A stretch of DNA of 36,664 nt from Armatimonadota bacterium (GCA_034722055.1 JAYENL010000132.1:1-36664), one strand, 5' to 3'. Positions 1 through 7,811 are shown, counted from the first letter of the stretch. Program-made: numbers and translations. The notes: a model not told the origin generated them from the sequence alone.

Positions 1-1
1 T

Positions 2-157
2 GAGCTGGTGGCCGACGCCGGCGTCACGGGCGACCGGAACCTCGTAGTGCAGGCCTGTCTCATCGACGAGATGTCCATCCCGCCGGAGCAGACGGAGCAG
101 ATGGTGGATGAGCTGCTCGCCGCCTCAGCCGACCTCCTGCCGCAGTTCGAGCAGTGA
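2..157 (+). CDS. 3' end of a probable family 4 glycoside hydrolase (alpha-galactosidase/6-phospho-glucosidase type), partial at window start
   Basis: Frame 2 reads ELVADAGVTGDRNLVVQACLIDEMSIPPEQTEQMVDELLAASADLLPQFEQ*, matching the GH4 C-terminal pattern (EA..TGD....QA.L.D...M.DELL....LPQF). Not in the ORF track because it has no start. Confidence 0.7.
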   Translation, partial: ELVADAGVTGDRNLVVQACLIDEMSIPPEQTEQMVDELLAASADLLPQFEQ

Positions 158-161
158 CAGG

Positions 162-190
162 TGGCGTCAGCTTCGTGGATATGATAGACT
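162..190 (+). promoter_or_regulatory. Possible sigma70 promoter for the DUF433/MTase operon
   Basis: TGGCGT-17 nt-TAGACT with an extended -10 TGn (TGATAGACT at 182-190). Confidence 0.35.
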
Positions 191-218
191 TGGATCGACA
201 GCGCAACCGGAGCAGGCG

Positions 219-425
219 GTGAGCGGAGTGACATTCGAGCGCATCACAGTTTCGCCTGAGGTCTGCAGCGGCAAGGCCTGCATACGCGGACTGCGCTTCC
301 CGGTGTCGCGGCTGCTTGGCCTGCTTGCTGCGGGCGAGACCCCGGAGAGCATCCTCGAGGCCTATCCCTATCTGGAGCGCGAGGACATCAGCCAGGCGGT
401 GCTGCATGCTCACGGGATGGAGTGA
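219..425 (+). CDS. DUF433 family protein (VapB45-like antitoxin / wHTH DNA-binding)
   Basis: ERITVSPEVCSGKACIRGLRFPVSRLLGLLAAGETPESILEAYPYLEREDI is the DUF433 signature. GTG start at 219 (GGAG at 209-212) or 228. Confidence 0.9.
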   Translation: MSGVTFERITVSPEVCSGKACIRGLRFPVSRLLGLLAAGETPESILEAYPYLEREDISQAVLHAHGME

Positions 426-429
426 TTCG

Positions 430-1227
430 ATGGTCGAGCCGTACTACGAGGACGACAGGATTCGCCTGTACTGTGGCGACGCCCGCAACATGGCGGCGCT
501 CAATCGGGGCAGTGTGCAACTCATCGTGACCAGCCCCCCCTACTGGGATATCAAGAATTACCGCAACAGTGGCCAGATCGGCCTCGGGCAGTCGTATGAG
601 GAGTATACTGCCGAACTGCACTTGGTGGCTGAGGAATGCAAGCGCGTTCTCGCGCCAGGCCGCTTTCTCTGCTGGGTCATAGGTACCCGCGTGTCCCATG
701 GGCAGCTCAAGCACATCCCGTCGGATTGCATCGAGGTCTTCGGTGACCACGGCTACACCCTTCGGAAGGAGTTCATCTGGAAGAAGCCCAAGGGGACGCA
801 GGGCCTCTGGCAGCGCGGCACGACGCAGTTTCTTAAGGATAATCCATTCCCCTGCCAGGCGGCGATCAACATCCAACACGAGTTCATTCTGGTCTTCCAG
901 CGAGAGGGCGAATTCAAGCCTCCTCGGCGCTCCCGTCTCTCTGAGGACTTCATAAAGCGCGTCGCTTGGAGTGTGTGGGAGCTTCCGGTATCGCGGACCA
1001 AGGGCCACCCCGCCCCATTCCCAATCCAGTTGCCTGAGCGCCTAACCCACTTGTTCTCATATCCGGGGGACACCGTTCTGGACCCCTTCGCTGGCACAGG
1101 GGCTACGCTCATAGCCGCTCGTAATGCGGAGCGTATTGGCGTGGGCTACGAGATCAGCGAGGAATACTGCCAGTTGGCCGTTGCCGAGATCAGTAAAGCG
1201 CCCACACCACTTCTGTCAGAGGGATAG
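430..1227 (+). CDS. Beta-class DNA amino-methyltransferase (N6_N4_Mtase family, probably N4-cytosine)
   Basis: Motif IV IVTSPPY precedes HPAPFP and motif I VLDPFAGTG...GYEISEEY. ATG at 430, 4 nt after the DUF433 stop. Confidence 0.93.
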   Translation: MVEPYYEDDRIRLYCGDARNMAALNRGSVQLIVTSPPYWDIKNYRNSGQIGLGQSYEEYTAELHLVAEECKRVLAPGRFLCWVIGTRVSHGQLKHIPSDCIEVFGDHGYTLRKEFIWKKPKGTQGLWQRGTTQFLKDNPFPCQAAINIQHEFILVFQREGEFKPPRRSRLSEDFIKRVAWSVWELPVSRTKGHPAPFPIQLPERLTHLFSYPGDTVLDPFAGTGATLIAARNAERIGVGYEISEEYCQLAVAEISKAPTPLLSEG

Positions 1228-1232
1228 CCGCG

Positions 1233-2387
1233 ATGCCAGCTCCTCCCAAATTCACGATATGGTTCGGCGAGGCGCGTGCGGCCGCGGAGCTTGTGGTGGA
1301 CCACACCTGCTTGCGTCACTATCACTGTGACTTCGCGCAGATACAAGATCAGACGGGCGAGTTCGCCCAGAACCCGAAACTGATTCAGGACATTCTGTAC
1401 CTGGACAAACCAGATGTTATCGTGACCGCAGGACGTCCAGAGGAACCCATCGTGGGTGTGGAGTTCTCAGCAGAAGCGCCTTCGGGGCACGACTGCTTCC
1501 AACGCATTCCGCGCGTAGCGGCTTCTGTTGAGCATGGTGTCCCATTCGCCTATCTCTTTCCCGAACGCAAGTGGGTTGAGCGTCAAAGCGGAGGGCGCTG
1601 GGACCAATACAACCCGCTTGTCTTCAGGGTACTGCTTCACATCTCGCGCTTCCACGGCGTTCCCGCTCTCGGTTTCCTCTGGCCCGGTGACGAGCAGCGC
1701 GGAAACCCGGCCCAAGGCCGCCTTCTGTGCGCGCCCGGGGGCACGTGCCTGCCTGCCAGCGACGAGCCCCGCGTCGCGCAAGTCTGGCAGTTCGTGGACC
1801 TCGCCGTCCAGCACTACGTGGACAACGAGCCTTTCAGCAAGATGGTCCTCACTGAGTTCTACGCCCAGCACGAGGCGCGGATGTGGGGATGGTACCACGA
1901 GCGCGGTGGCGATACGAGGGAATGGTCACCTCTCACCTCGTGTGACACGATCAGCGGACTGAATGACCTCAGAGGGTGGGTCCGCGAGGTCGCCGGCACG
2001 TGGATACCCCGCGTGCCCGACCATCTCCACCATCGCGACGAGAGTCTGATCTACCATGCGGGCACCACCACGTTTAGGAGCGATCCTTACGCGGGCTCTC
2101 TCATCGCTCTCGATTACCTGCGCTGCCGCAATGGTCCTACGCGCCAACACCGATTTCGCAATCTCGTATTGCATCTGCCCAACGTCTCCATCGAGGAGAT
2201 AGTTGGCAAAGCCCAGCGCTTCTACGAGCGCGACTGCCCGCTGCACGGGGATGCGGAGGACGCGAACCTCAATCGCCTCTACTCACTCCACCTCCGCGAG
2301 GGATGTCGGTACACCAAACAGAAGGAGATCCGCACTTTCTGCGCCTTCGCTGACATGATCGTCTTCAACGATGGGGTTGTCGTGTGA
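1233..2387 (+). CDS. Putative restriction endonuclease or large subunit (PD-(D/E)xK-like fold)
   Basis: 384-aa ORF 5 nt after the MTase. KPDVIVT...PIVGVEFSAE resembles a PD...ExK core with S in place of K. Assignment rests on context. Confidence 0.55.
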   Translation: MPAPPKFTIWFGEARAAAELVVDHTCLRHYHCDFAQIQDQTGEFAQNPKLIQDILYLDKPDVIVTAGRPEEPIVGVEFSAEAPSGHDCFQRIPRVAASVEHGVPFAYLFPERKWVERQSGGRWDQYNPLVFRVLLHISRFHGVPALGFLWPGDEQRGNPAQGRLLCAPGGTCLPASDEPRVAQVWQFVDLAVQHYVDNEPFSKMVLTEFYAQHEARMWGWYHERGGDTREWSPLTSCDTISGLNDLRGWVREVAGTWIPRVPDHLHHRDESLIYHAGTTTFRSDPYAGSLIALDYLRCRNGPTRQHRFRNLVLHLPNVSIEEIVGKAQRFYERDCPLHGDAEDANLNRLYSLHLREGCRYTKQKEIRTFCAFADMIVFNDGVVV

Positions 2388-2395
2388 GGGCCACC

Positions 2396-2848
2396 ATGCG
2401 GGAAGAGGACGTCACGCGGTACGTGGCTCAATGGCTCGAAGATCTCGGGTGGTGCCTCATCAGCGTGCACTACCCTGGCACGTCCGGCGGCCTGCGGCTT
2501 TCTCGGAGCGGCGAAAGCGCCAAGTCCGAGGGAGCCATCATCCCCGACATCATCGCAGCGCGCGAGGCGCACTTGCTGATCGTTGAGTCAAAGCCTGAGT
2601 ACTGCGAGTCCGACCTCGCCAAGGTGCGCGCCATCAAGGATGACCCGCGCTACCGATCTGACCTCGTCCGAGCGGCAGCAATGGTCAGACAGCCGCTTCG
2701 GCACGTCGTCGTCGGCGTCTGTTTTGCTGGGGCTCCGCCCCATGACGTTCCCTGCAACGTGCTCCTGCTGCGATGTCATACTTCAGGCATCGAGATGACC
2801 GGCATTCCGTCGGGTTGTCGGCATCTGTTCGAGTCAAGTCCCCGCTAG
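2396..2848 (+). CDS. Small PD-(D/E)xK nuclease-family protein
   Basis: N-terminal E..V...L...GW helix plus IPDIIAAR...LLIVESK. ATG at 2396 (GAGGG upstream) or GTG at 2384 overlapping the upstream stop. Confidence 0.7.
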   Translation: MREEDVTRYVAQWLEDLGWCLISVHYPGTSGGLRLSRSGESAKSEGAIIPDIIAAREAHLLIVESKPEYCESDLAKVRAIKDDPRYRSDLVRAAAMVRQPLRHVVVGVCFAGAPPHDVPCNVLLLRCHTSGIEMTGIPSGCRHLFESSPR

Positions 2849-3537
2849 CCGTCCGACTCGAGCGGCGGCAGGTAGCTCAAACTCGTCCGGTCCGCCAGCC
2901 AGAACGTGTTGGTGAACGGCGCATCGGACCGGCGGAGGCGCTCCGCCTCGGCCTCCAGCTCCTCGACGCTGGTATGCCACAGTGTATGCTGGGAGTTCTG
3001 CGTGGCCCTGGTCAGCGGCCGGACGTGCGCCCAGTCGCTGACATCCAGGATGATGTCCGGGGAGCGGTCGGCGACGGCCTTGTAGAAGAACACGTACCGC
3101 GTGCGCCAGACCTCGCCCAGCTCCGAGGCCACCGGGTTCCCGGCCTGCCAGGCGGCCTCCACGGAGATCTCGTGGGTGGCGAGGTGGTCGCGGTGGCTAT
3201 CGTGGGGGCCGTGGGTGAAGATGGCGTCGGGCCGCACCCGCCGGATGACCTCGATGAAGCGCTTGAAGGTGGGCTTATCGTTGGTCAGGCCCATGTCATC
3301 AGCGCCAATGCAGATGCGCTCGGTGGTCCCCAGGATCTCATCGGCGGCCTCCATCTCTCTGGCCCGCATCTGAACGATCTCATCCCGCCACTCCGGCCGG
3401 GGATAGCCCTCTGAGCCATTGGTGGCGATGCAGATGTAAACCTCCACGCCGCCGTCCGCGAGCATAGCCATGGTCGGCGCCATGGCCAGCTCGTCATCGG
3501 GGTGTGCACCGAACACCAGTATCCGCTGGTAGCCCAT
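2845..3537 (-). CDS. PIG-L/LmbE family deacetylase
   Basis: ILVFGAHPDDE, R..E...A..ILG, RPDAIFTH...HRDH. ATG at 3537 with GGGAGAG upstream. Confidence 0.92.
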   Translation of the reverse strand: MGYQRILVFGAHPDDELAMAPTMAMLADGGVEVYICIATNGSEGYPRPEWRDEIVQMRAREMEAADEILGTTERICIGADDMGLTNDKPTFKRFIEVIRRVRPDAIFTHGPHDSHRDHLATHEISVEAAWQAGNPVASELGEVWRTRYVFFYKAVADRSPDIILDVSDWAHVRPLTRATQNSQHTLWHTSVEELEAEAERLRRSDAPFTNTFWLADRTSLSYLPPLESDG

Positions 3538-3778
3538 TGCGGTCTCTCCCTGTGCGATTCTGGGTGTCCGGCTGATGCTCTTCTCCATGGCGTGTGCGAC
3601 ACCTCCGCGCGAGACACAGCTCCGGTTGCGGTCGAGCTGGTTACGAAGGCTTGACCCTAACGTAACCTCTCCCTTACTGGTGCGGTGGTATGCTGTGGGT
3701 GTCTCTCAGGCGCCTGCAGGGCCGGCGCCGCTGCGACGTTGACCCGTCGCAGCTGACCCCAGATCAGGGTGAACGGCC

Positions 3779-3807
3779 TTGCAAGACTGGAGTAATGCGG
3801 GTAGAAT
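3779..3807 (+). promoter_or_regulatory. Sigma70-type promoter upstream of the polysaccharide deacetylase
   Basis: TTGCAA-17 nt-TAGAAT. Confidence 0.6.
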
Positions 3808-3898
3808 CCGCAACTGCCGGCTGCCAGAGCGTGTAAGTCTATCGGCTGGACGCCAAGCGGGGGAGGGCTATTGCACTCACCCGAGGGGCGACGAGCGC

Positions 3899-4762
3899 GT
3901 GGTTAACGCACTCACCGTTGACGTTGAGGAGTACTTCTGCTACGCCTACCCCGGCGACACGCTCTCCCGCGAGGAGTGGGCGGAGTTGGAGAGCCGCGCC
4001 GTCCCTCACACCCTCGAGACCCTCTCCATCCTCGAGCAACATGGCATCCGGGCCACCTTCTTCGTGCTGGCGTGGGTGGCCGAGCGCGACCCCCTGCTGG
4101 TGCGGGAGATCAAGGCGCGCGGCCACGAGATCGGCAGCCACGGCTATGCCCACCAGCCTGTGTGCGATCAGAGCCCCGATGAGTTCCGCGATGACGTAAA
4201 GCGGTCGATTGACGTGCTCTCGGACATTACCGGTGAGATGCCCGTCGGCTACCGCGCCCCATCGTTCTCCATCAACAGCACCTGCCGGTGGGCGCTGGAC
4301 ATTCTGGCGGAACTGGGGTTCAGGTATGACTCCAGCCTCTACCCGGTCAGAATGCGGCACTACGGGGCGCCTGACGAGCTCGCCGAGCCGCACGTCCTCG
4401 ACAGCGGCATGTGGGAGTTCCCGGCCGCGACGGTGCGCCTGGCGGGGATTCAGATGCCCTTCGGGGGCGGGGGGTATTTGCGCCTGTATCCCTTCGTGGT
4501 GACGCGCTGGGCAACGCATCGGATGAACGCCGCCGGGCGGCCGGCGATGGTCTACCTGCACCCCTGGGAGCTGGACCCCTACCCACCCGCCGGCCCTCGC
4601 AGCCGTCTGCACCGCTTCCAGCACAGCGTGGGCCTGGCGAAGACGCGCTCGCGACTGCTGCACCTGTGCGCGGAGTTCGACTTTGCCCCCATCGGCGACG
4701 TCATCCGGCGCCTGGAGGAGGAAGGGACCTCCGGCGACCTCGGCGTCGCGGCCGCGAAGTAG
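3899..4762 (+). CDS. Polysaccharide deacetylase (CE4/NodB, XrtA-system/DUF3473 type)
   Basis: NALTVDVEEY, ATFFVL, GHEIGSHGYAH, GYRAPSFSI, YDSS, GGGYLRLYP, YLHPWELDP. GTG at 3899 after GAGGGG. Confidence 0.92.
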   Translation: MVNALTVDVEEYFCYAYPGDTLSREEWAELESRAVPHTLETLSILEQHGIRATFFVLAWVAERDPLLVREIKARGHEIGSHGYAHQPVCDQSPDEFRDDVKRSIDVLSDITGEMPVGYRAPSFSINSTCRWALDILAELGFRYDSSLYPVRMRHYGAPDELAEPHVLDSGMWEFPAATVRLAGIQMPFGGGGYLRLYPFVVTRWATHRMNAAGRPAMVYLHPWELDPYPPAGPRSRLHRFQHSVGLAKTRSRLLHLCAEFDFAPIGDVIRRLEEEGTSGDLGVAAAK

Positions 4763-4768
4763 CCCCGG

Positions 4769-5647
4769 TCAGAAGACGTAGACGGGCGTCCCCACCGGCA
4801 CCAGCGAGTAGAGCTGCGCGGCGTCGGCTCTGTGCTGCCGCACGCAGCCGTGTGAGGCGGGCCGGCCCAGGAGGCGGTAGTAGCGTGGGCTGGTGGCATG
4901 GATGCCGTGGCTGCCGGTGGAGGTGATCTGCAGCCAGTAGGGCATGGTCACCTGGTACATGCGGCTGAAGGGCGCCCGGGCCTTCCGGAAGACCTTGCCC
5001 ATGGCGCCGCGGTGGGGGTCGTAGGCGCCAGGGCACATCTGAGGGGTGGTGTAGCCTGGCGCGGCCGTGGAGACGATGTGCATGCGCCGCAGGCGGCCGC
5101 CCTCATAGTAGTAGAGACGCTGGCGCCTCTTGATGACGCCTATGGCGTGCGCGGGCAGCTCCTCCAGCTCCGCGGGCCGGAAGCGCACACCGATCTCGTG
5201 TGCCCCGATGCGGTGATTCTCCGCGTCATAGCCCGCGATGCGCAGGCGGAAGGCGTCGGTATCCATCCAGGGGATCGTCCACGGCACCTCGCCGAGGTTG
5301 GGCAGCATCTGGCCGTAGATGATGCGCCCGTAGGTCCCGCGCGACCTCCCGCCCAGCCGGCACCGCTCGTAGCTGTAGTAAAGCCGCACCTTCTCGATGG
5401 GGCCGCCCCACTGCCACCTGATGGTTACCTCGCTGCCCTCCAGGACCTCGTCGCCACCTTCCGGCCGCTGAATCTGTATGAACAGAGGCTCGTCAAGCTG
5501 ATCGGATGGCGAGCGGAACCCTCGAACAGCGGCGTCCGGGGGCTCGGGCTGGAAGGGAGCGGTGAGCGAAGCCTCCAGCATGGGCGCTGACCGGACGGCG
5601 GGCGTCGCAAGAGCGGCAACCGCGGCGAATGTGAGCCATGTCGTCAT
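4769..5647 (-). CDS. Secreted L,D-transpeptidase (YkuD family) with N-terminal beta-sandwich domain
   Basis: Signal peptide MTTWLTFAAVAALATPAVRSA; catalytic HGIHAT...LGRPASHGCVR; C-terminal VPVGTPVYV. Confidence 0.88.
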   Translation of the reverse strand: MTTWLTFAAVAALATPAVRSAPMLEASLTAPFQPEPPDAAVRGFRSPSDQLDEPLFIQIQRPEGGDEVLEGSEVTIRWQWGGPIEKVRLYYSYERCRLGGRSRGTYGRIIYGQMLPNLGEVPWTIPWMDTDAFRLRIAGYDAENHRIGAHEIGVRFRPAELEELPAHAIGVIKRRQRLYYYEGGRLRRMHIVSTAAPGYTTPQMCPGAYDPHRGAMGKVFRKARAPFSRMYQVTMPYWLQITSTGSHGIHATSPRYYRLLGRPASHGCVRQHRADAAQLYSLVPVGTPVYVF

Positions 5648-5770
5648 CGCTGAACACCTGTACACTCCGGCAAACGCCAGCCTGAGGGCCTCTGATGGAG
5701 GCCTCAGCGAGGCCGTGCAACATCCTAAGTGCTTTCGTCGAGATTACATCATCTCCTGGTGCGGTCGCGA

Positions 5771-5806
5771 CACAGAACGGGACCGCCTCGTCCGGAGGCG
5801 GCCCCG
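5771..5806 (-). terminator. Probable intrinsic terminator downstream of eda
   Basis: On the minus strand CGGGGCCGCCTC-CGGAC-GAGGCGGTCCCG is followed by TTCTGTG, a weak U tract. Confidence 0.45.
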
Positions 5807-5829
5807 CACGGCGCTCAGGCGGCCCGGCC

Positions 5830-6489
5830 TCAGCCGGCCATCTCCTCCCGGGTGCGGTCGATGGCCTCGCGGAACTTGCGCGCCGTCTCGGTCACCACGT
5901 CGAAGCGCCCCTCAGCGACCGCCTGCTTGTCCACCAGCGCGCTGCCGGCGCACAGGGCGACGGCGCCGGCCCTCAGAAACTCGGGCGTGGTGTCAATGTT
6001 GACGCCGCCCGTGGGCACCAGTCGGATCTGGGGCAGCGGGCCCAGAATGGCCTTGAAGTAGCTGGGGCCGGCGACGGAGGCGGGGAAGACCTTCACCATG
6101 TCCGCGCCCCAGTCCCAGGCCTGCTTGATCTCCGTGGGCGTGAAGGCGCCCGGCAGCACCGGCTTGTCGTAGCGGTGGGCCATCTCGATCATGCCCCGGT
6201 CCAGGCAGGGCCCCACCACGAACTCCGCGCCGGACAGGATCGCCATCCGCGCCGTCTCGGCGTCCAGCACCGAGCCCACGCCGATGAGGACCTCGTCGCC
6301 GTACTTGCTGGAGGTCTCCTCAATCACCGCCAGGGCGTCGGGCGTGGTCATGGTCACCTCGATGACGTCCACGCCGCCCTCATTGATGGCGTCGGCCACC
6401 TGCATGAGGTGCTCGGAGCTCTTTGCACGGATGACCGCGGCCATCCCGCAGTCCATGATCCATTCCATGGTCTCAAGTCGCGTGGGCAT
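5830..6489 (-). CDS. eda: KDPG/KHG aldolase
   Basis: AVIRA, GGVDVIEVTMTTP, IGVGSVLD, PGAFTPTEI, VKVFPA, ILGPLPQIRLVPTGGVN. ATG at 6489 after GAGGAG. Confidence 0.93.
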   Translation of the reverse strand: MPTRLETMEWIMDCGMAAVIRAKSSEHLMQVADAINEGGVDVIEVTMTTPDALAVIEETSSKYGDEVLIGVGSVLDAETARMAILSGAEFVVGPCLDRGMIEMAHRYDKPVLPGAFTPTEIKQAWDWGADMVKVFPASVAGPSYFKAILGPLPQIRLVPTGGVNIDTTPEFLRAGAVALCAGSALVDKQAVAEGRFDVVTETARKFREAIDRTREEMAG

Positions 6490-6619
6490 TGATGTCACTC
6501 TCCTCAGCACAATGCGGCAACGCGGCGCCGCCGCTGGTTGCTCCGCTCCGGAATGGATATTCGCCATGTGGGGCGAGGCACCTTGCCGCCATCCACAGGC
6601 AGGCCCCGGCCGGACGGTC

Positions 6620-7375
6620 TCACGCGCCGATCAGCTCCAGGAAGTTGCCGCCGGCGATGGCCCCGATCTCGTCGTCCGACAGCTTCAGGGCGCCGAGCTG
6701 ATCCAGAGCGTCAGAGGGCTGGTTGAACGGGTAGCCGGAGGCGAACAGGATGCGTCTGTAGCCGATGCGCTCTACGATGGACTCCTGCAGCTCCCCGCAG
6801 GAGGTGTCGAAGCAGATGTGGGTGTAGGGCGCGAGGGTGTTGAGCACCTGCGCGGTGCCGCCGTTCATGGCGCCCATCTTGGGGATCACGAACCGGACGT
6901 CGGGGTGGCGCTCGATCAGCTCCAGCGTCACCGGGAAGTGCTCGGTCAGCCACACGGGCATCTCACGCTGCGCCGCGGCGTCCAGCAGCTCGCCGAGGTC
7001 CTGGCGCTCCACCGCCTCGCGCAGCCTGTCGGGCTCCCACTGCGCGGCCGTGGTGGCGCCGCCGAAGTCCAGCGACGGGGAAAGGAAGCACCGGATGTGC
7101 ACCGCATCCCAGCGTCCCAGGTCGGAGGGGACGCTGATGCGCCCCCGGCGGTAGCCCTCGTAGGGGTCGCCACCCACGTAGTAGGCCGCATAGGGGCCGT
7201 CCTGGCCGGCTGCGGAGAGCGGCAGGCTGATGTCATCGTCGAGCTGCGTGCTCTCAGGATGCGCGGTGAGCATGGCGGTGTCCACGCCCGCCCTGCGCAG
7301 CACCTCACGGGCCTCGCTCCAGGGGCTGATGCCCCGCGCGATGTGAACGCGTGCGTCGATGATTGGCAGCGCCAT
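6620..7375 (-). CDS. Amidohydrolase-2 family homologue with degenerate metal site
   Basis: IIDARVH, HPDVRFVIPKMG, ICFDTS, RIGYRRILFASGYPF, AIAGGNFLEL. ATG at 7375 after GGAGGAG. Confidence 0.8.
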   Translation of the reverse strand: MALPIIDARVHIARGISPWSEAREVLRRAGVDTAMLTAHPESTQLDDDISLPLSAAGQDGPYAAYYVGGDPYEGYRRGRISVPSDLGRWDAVHIRCFLSPSLDFGGATTAAQWEPDRLREAVERQDLGELLDAAAQREMPVWLTEHFPVTLELIERHPDVRFVIPKMGAMNGGTAQVLNTLAPYTHICFDTSCGELQESIVERIGYRRILFASGYPFNQPSDALDQLGALKLSDDEIGAIAGGNFLELIGA

Positions 7376-7425
7376 CGCCGGCTCCTCCGGATGCGCACAA
7401 GGCTGCAAGGCCACGCTCAGCGGAA

Positions 7426-7454
7426 AGGATAGCGCATCAGGACCAGGGCAGCAA
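7426..7454 (-). promoter_or_regulatory. Sigma70-type promoter for the amidohydrolase homologue
   Basis: Minus strand TTGCTG-17 nt-TATCCT. Confidence 0.5.
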
Positions 7455-7468
7455 GAGCCACAGCAATG

Positions 7469-7723
7469 TTGGGCCGACCTCCTCCGGCTGCTTCGCATCC
7501 GTCGTCGTGCGGCCCCTCCCACGGCAACGACAGCGGGCCGGCAGGCCCGCCCCCGTGAGACCAGAGGTCTCGAGGGTGCCGGGGCTACAAGGACAACGCC
7601 TGACGACCAACGGCCGGCGGGTCTGAAGACCACGCCGCTCCGGACGACGACGGCAACGCCTGACGACTCCCTTCGCGTAGGTCGGGCTTCCAGCCCGACA
7701 GACGAGCTCTCAGGACACCCCTC
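7469..7723. repeat. REP-like palindrome island 1
   Basis: GTAGGTCGGGCTTCCAGCCCGAC (7677-7699); minus-strand GTAGCCCCG...CGGGG (7551-7588); GGAG-headed palindromes; 7469-7531 is an inverted copy of 18586-18648 (62/63 identical). Confidence 0.85.
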
Positions 7724-7741
7724 TTGCCTGCTGCCAGCGAA

Positions 7742-7770
7742 TTGCATCCCCGGCATAAGTATGGTACACT
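7742..7770 (+). promoter_or_regulatory. Sigma70 promoter for the gmk operon
   Basis: TTGCAT-17 nt-TACACT with extended -10 TG. Confidence 0.7.
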
Positions 7771-7811
7771 TCGGCGTCGTGCACACCATGCGGGGCGACG
7801 GAGCGGGCGGA

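Noticed and set aside
158..2848. Integrase, att sites or IS ends bounding the RM-like cassette
   Set aside because: No recombinase gene and no flanking direct or inverted repeats found by eye.
3609..3712. Glycine riboswitch (GAGA...CGAAGG...CTCTCAGG)
   Set aside because: P3 and P3a cannot pair (ACGAAGGCT versus CTCTCAGG), and the downstream gene is unrelated to glycine.
3668..3765. TPP riboswitch on the minus strand (GGGG...CTGAGA...ACCC)
   Set aside because: The pyrophosphate-sensing half (CCUGAU...AAU...GCGUAGGG) is missing.
5692..5701. Third copy of CTGATGGAGG, matching the MITE target duplication
   Set aside because: Isolated 10-mer with no adjacent inverted repeat; can be a chance match.
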